This document shows, piece after piece, positions 17,423 to 19,104 of a DNA stretch of 19,104 bases. Location: assembly GCA_029856365.1 (NCBI GenBank), contig JAHQWW010000073.1:1-19104 (forward strand). Reading direction: 5' to 3'. Both the position numbers and the translations under genes were made by a program. The DNA is from Candidatus Hodarchaeota archaeon. Lineage in GTDB: Archaea > Asgardarchaeota > Heimdallarchaeia > Hodarchaeales > Hodarchaeaceae. The stretch's first letter is position 1, and every line of letters starts with the position of its first letter. The notes beneath the pieces are model-generated. The model was given only the letters and a program-made list of their open reading frames with translations. It did no database searches and had not been told where the DNA came from.

Positions 17423-19104
17423 CTACTTCTCACCCTCTTCTTTTATTTCCTTATCATTTAATTGAACAATACAAAGACGCCCTTCAACAACATCGATTTT
17501 AGCATTGATCTCATTTTCGTTAATCATTTCATAAACAAGATTTTCTAACTCTTTGGGATCAATTTCGACACTGCGTGCTAATGTTTCGATTGGTACACTC
17601 CCAAACTTAGTTATTTTCGCTGCAAGTTCAATACGTTTTTGTTTTCGAAGAAGACCATCCGAAAGTGTTCCAGCAAACGTTAATACTCGTTGAATATCTC
17701 CCTTTTGGTAAGCGTGAAAAATATCGTAAACAATATGTCCAAATGAACCTAGATTTCGTGTTAGTGCATCCTGTACAAGTTTGATTCCCAGTTCACTCTG
17801 GTGCTCTATTATTTCCAGTGCTACCAAAGTTGCATCAAATTTAATGAGACCAAGCCAGAGTTCATCTAGTTTCACCCCAGGTGATTCATAATGACTTAAG
17901 TACGTTCTAATGGCTCGTCTTTGTAATGTTACATTTTGGGCAGTAATCATCCCGATTATTGTACGGACACGTTCTCGTTCAGTAGAGGAAAGAGATTTTG
18001 AAATATGATAATCAACTACTTGTGCAATCAATTGTTCTATGAATTGGACATCTTGTTTACTCATTGAAATAATAATTGAAACTCGTTGAGCAAAAGCTAC
18101 ATAATCAGGAGATTCGAGATCTGTTAATAACCAATCTAATAGCTCTTTAATAAATGTTAAAGCTCTAGGCTTAAGAAATTCAAGATAGACTGGGATAAGT
18201 TGAATTGATTGCGTTTCCAACGCTTTAGTGAGCTTTTTTGCAGCATAAATTGCCATATCTGCATTCTTTGAGATAGCATCTCCTATTCCTTGAATTAATT
18301 CACTCTCAAGATCGATCTTTTCTAACTTTAAGAGCTTTTGAATCGCTTCAGTAAAAGATTCTTGACTTTCATATTGAATACTAGGTTCTGCTCTGTCATT
18401 TTCCCTTGAAACAGAGTCTAAAACGTCATCATCGATAATAACTTTAGATTCTTGCTCTGATGGTGGAAATTCATCAGTTAATTCCTGCATGAGTCCTTCA
18501 ATCATTTCTTGTGTGAGGGTCAAGGAAGAATCATCAAAATCGTAATTTTTTCTTTCTGTATCTAATAATTTTACTGGTGGGGGAAGAGTTTCACTTCGGC
18601 CAGCCTCAATTACAGTTCCAGGTTCCGTAACAACTTCCTTACTAGTATCTGCTTCTATGGTATCAGGTTCTTCAGTTTCAGGTATTTCTTCCACTTTGTA
18701 GGAAAGCCGGGTGACAAGATCTTCGAGTGTTCGTTTCTCATCAGTTTCTTCAGATTCGACTGAAATATCCTTGATGGATATTCCCATACTCTTTAGAATT
18801 GGTGATAAGCCTTTCTTGCCTTTTGTTTTAGTAAAATCTTCCATAATAACGTTAAAGCCTTTAGAACGGAGAGATGTAACCTCACTAGCTTCATCGGGGC
18901 CAACTACAAGGTGATCCACTATCCCATCACATAATTCTGCAATTCCAAGTAATGTAGGTTTGACTCCTAATAATTGAAGAACGAATTGCTCCCGAAAGCT
19001 GAAATGACTAGGATAAATCAAGGCAGCTGGGGCTTTTGATTCTTTAACGGTTTTAGTGAACTCCTTGTGCAAGAGAAGGAGAGCTAGTGAACAAGGATCT
19101 CCTG
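17423..19104 (-). CDS. 5'-partial multidomain protein: CofD-like N-terminal domain, acidic linker, helical repeats, C-terminal PCI/winged-helix domain
   Basis: The frame stays open beyond the called TTG (19072) to the window edge, reading GDPCSLALLL|LHKEF. The C-terminal FGSVPIETLARSVEIDPKELENLVYEMINENEINAKIDVVEGRLCI matches the PCI consensus. The N-terminal part resembles the C-terminal third of CofD. Confidence 0.75.
   Translation of the reverse strand, partial: GDPCSLALLLLHKEFTKTVKESKAPAALIYPSHFSFREQFVLQLLGVKPTLLGIAELCDGIVDHLVVGPDEASEVTSLRSKGFNVIMEDFTKTKGKKGLSPILKSMGISIKDISVESEETDEKRTLEDLVTRLSYKVEEIPETEEPDTIEADTSKEVVTEPGTVIEAGRSETLPPPVKLLDTERKNYDFDDSSLTLTQEMIEGLMQELTDEFPPSEQESKVIIDDDVLDSVSRENDRAEPSIQYESQESFTEAIQKLLKLEKIDLESELIQGIGDAISKNADMAIYAAKKLTKALETQSIQLIPVYLEFLKPRALTFIKELLDWLLTDLESPDYVAFAQRVSIIISMSKQDVQFIEQLIAQVVDYHISKSLSSTERERVRTIIGMITAQNVTLQRRAIRTYLSHYESPGVKLDELWLGLIKFDATLVALEIIEHQSELGIKLVQDALTRNLGSFGHIVYDIFHAYQKGDIQRVLTFAGTLSDGLLRKQKRIELAAKITKFGSVPIETLARSVEIDPKELENLVYEMINENEINAKIDVVEGRLCIVQLNDKEIKEEGEK

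Noticed and set aside
624-18914. Short alternative ORFs in the track (e.g. 624-812, 1682-1885, 2329-2529, 4089-4403, 5204-5425, 6726-7032, 8986-10303 minus-strand set, 11796-15286 plus-strand set, 16586-17380, 18711-18914)
   Set aside because: They lie antisense to or out of frame within well-supported genes, show no recognisable motifs, and are the expected shadow ORFs.
19070-19072. TTG at 19072 as the start of the last gene
   Set aside because: The frame is open to the window end and the CofD-like similarity continues upstream, so the gene is 5'-truncated by the window.

Overview
An AT-rich, gene-dense archaeal window with 14 credible CDSs. I found no RNA genes, CRISPR array or mobile element. 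The gene content points to an Asgard archaeon, possibly Heimdallarchaeia-like (inference). Ordinary genes: a MefA-like MFS exporter with a divergent winged-helix regulator, an AbfD-family [4Fe-4S]/FAD dehydratase, a sirtuin, a DUF389 membrane protein, and an ABC importer operon (fused double permease, two ATPases, DUF47/PhoU-like gene). Several proteins carry eukaryote-like domains in unusual architectures. The best candidate for a new system is the co-oriented pair at 3130-6716: a 12-TM MFS protein fused to a C-terminal longin-like domain, preceded by a multidomain protein with an amphipathic membrane-targeting helix and a roadblock-like C-terminus. This pair could be a nutrient-sensing transceptor module. 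Also notable are a 5'-truncated protein joining a degenerate CofD-like domain to a PCI domain, a stand-alone C2-like protein, and a circularly permuted family-5 solute-binding protein with a C-terminal sorting signal. All domain calls are by-eye motif recognition and have not been checked by any search.
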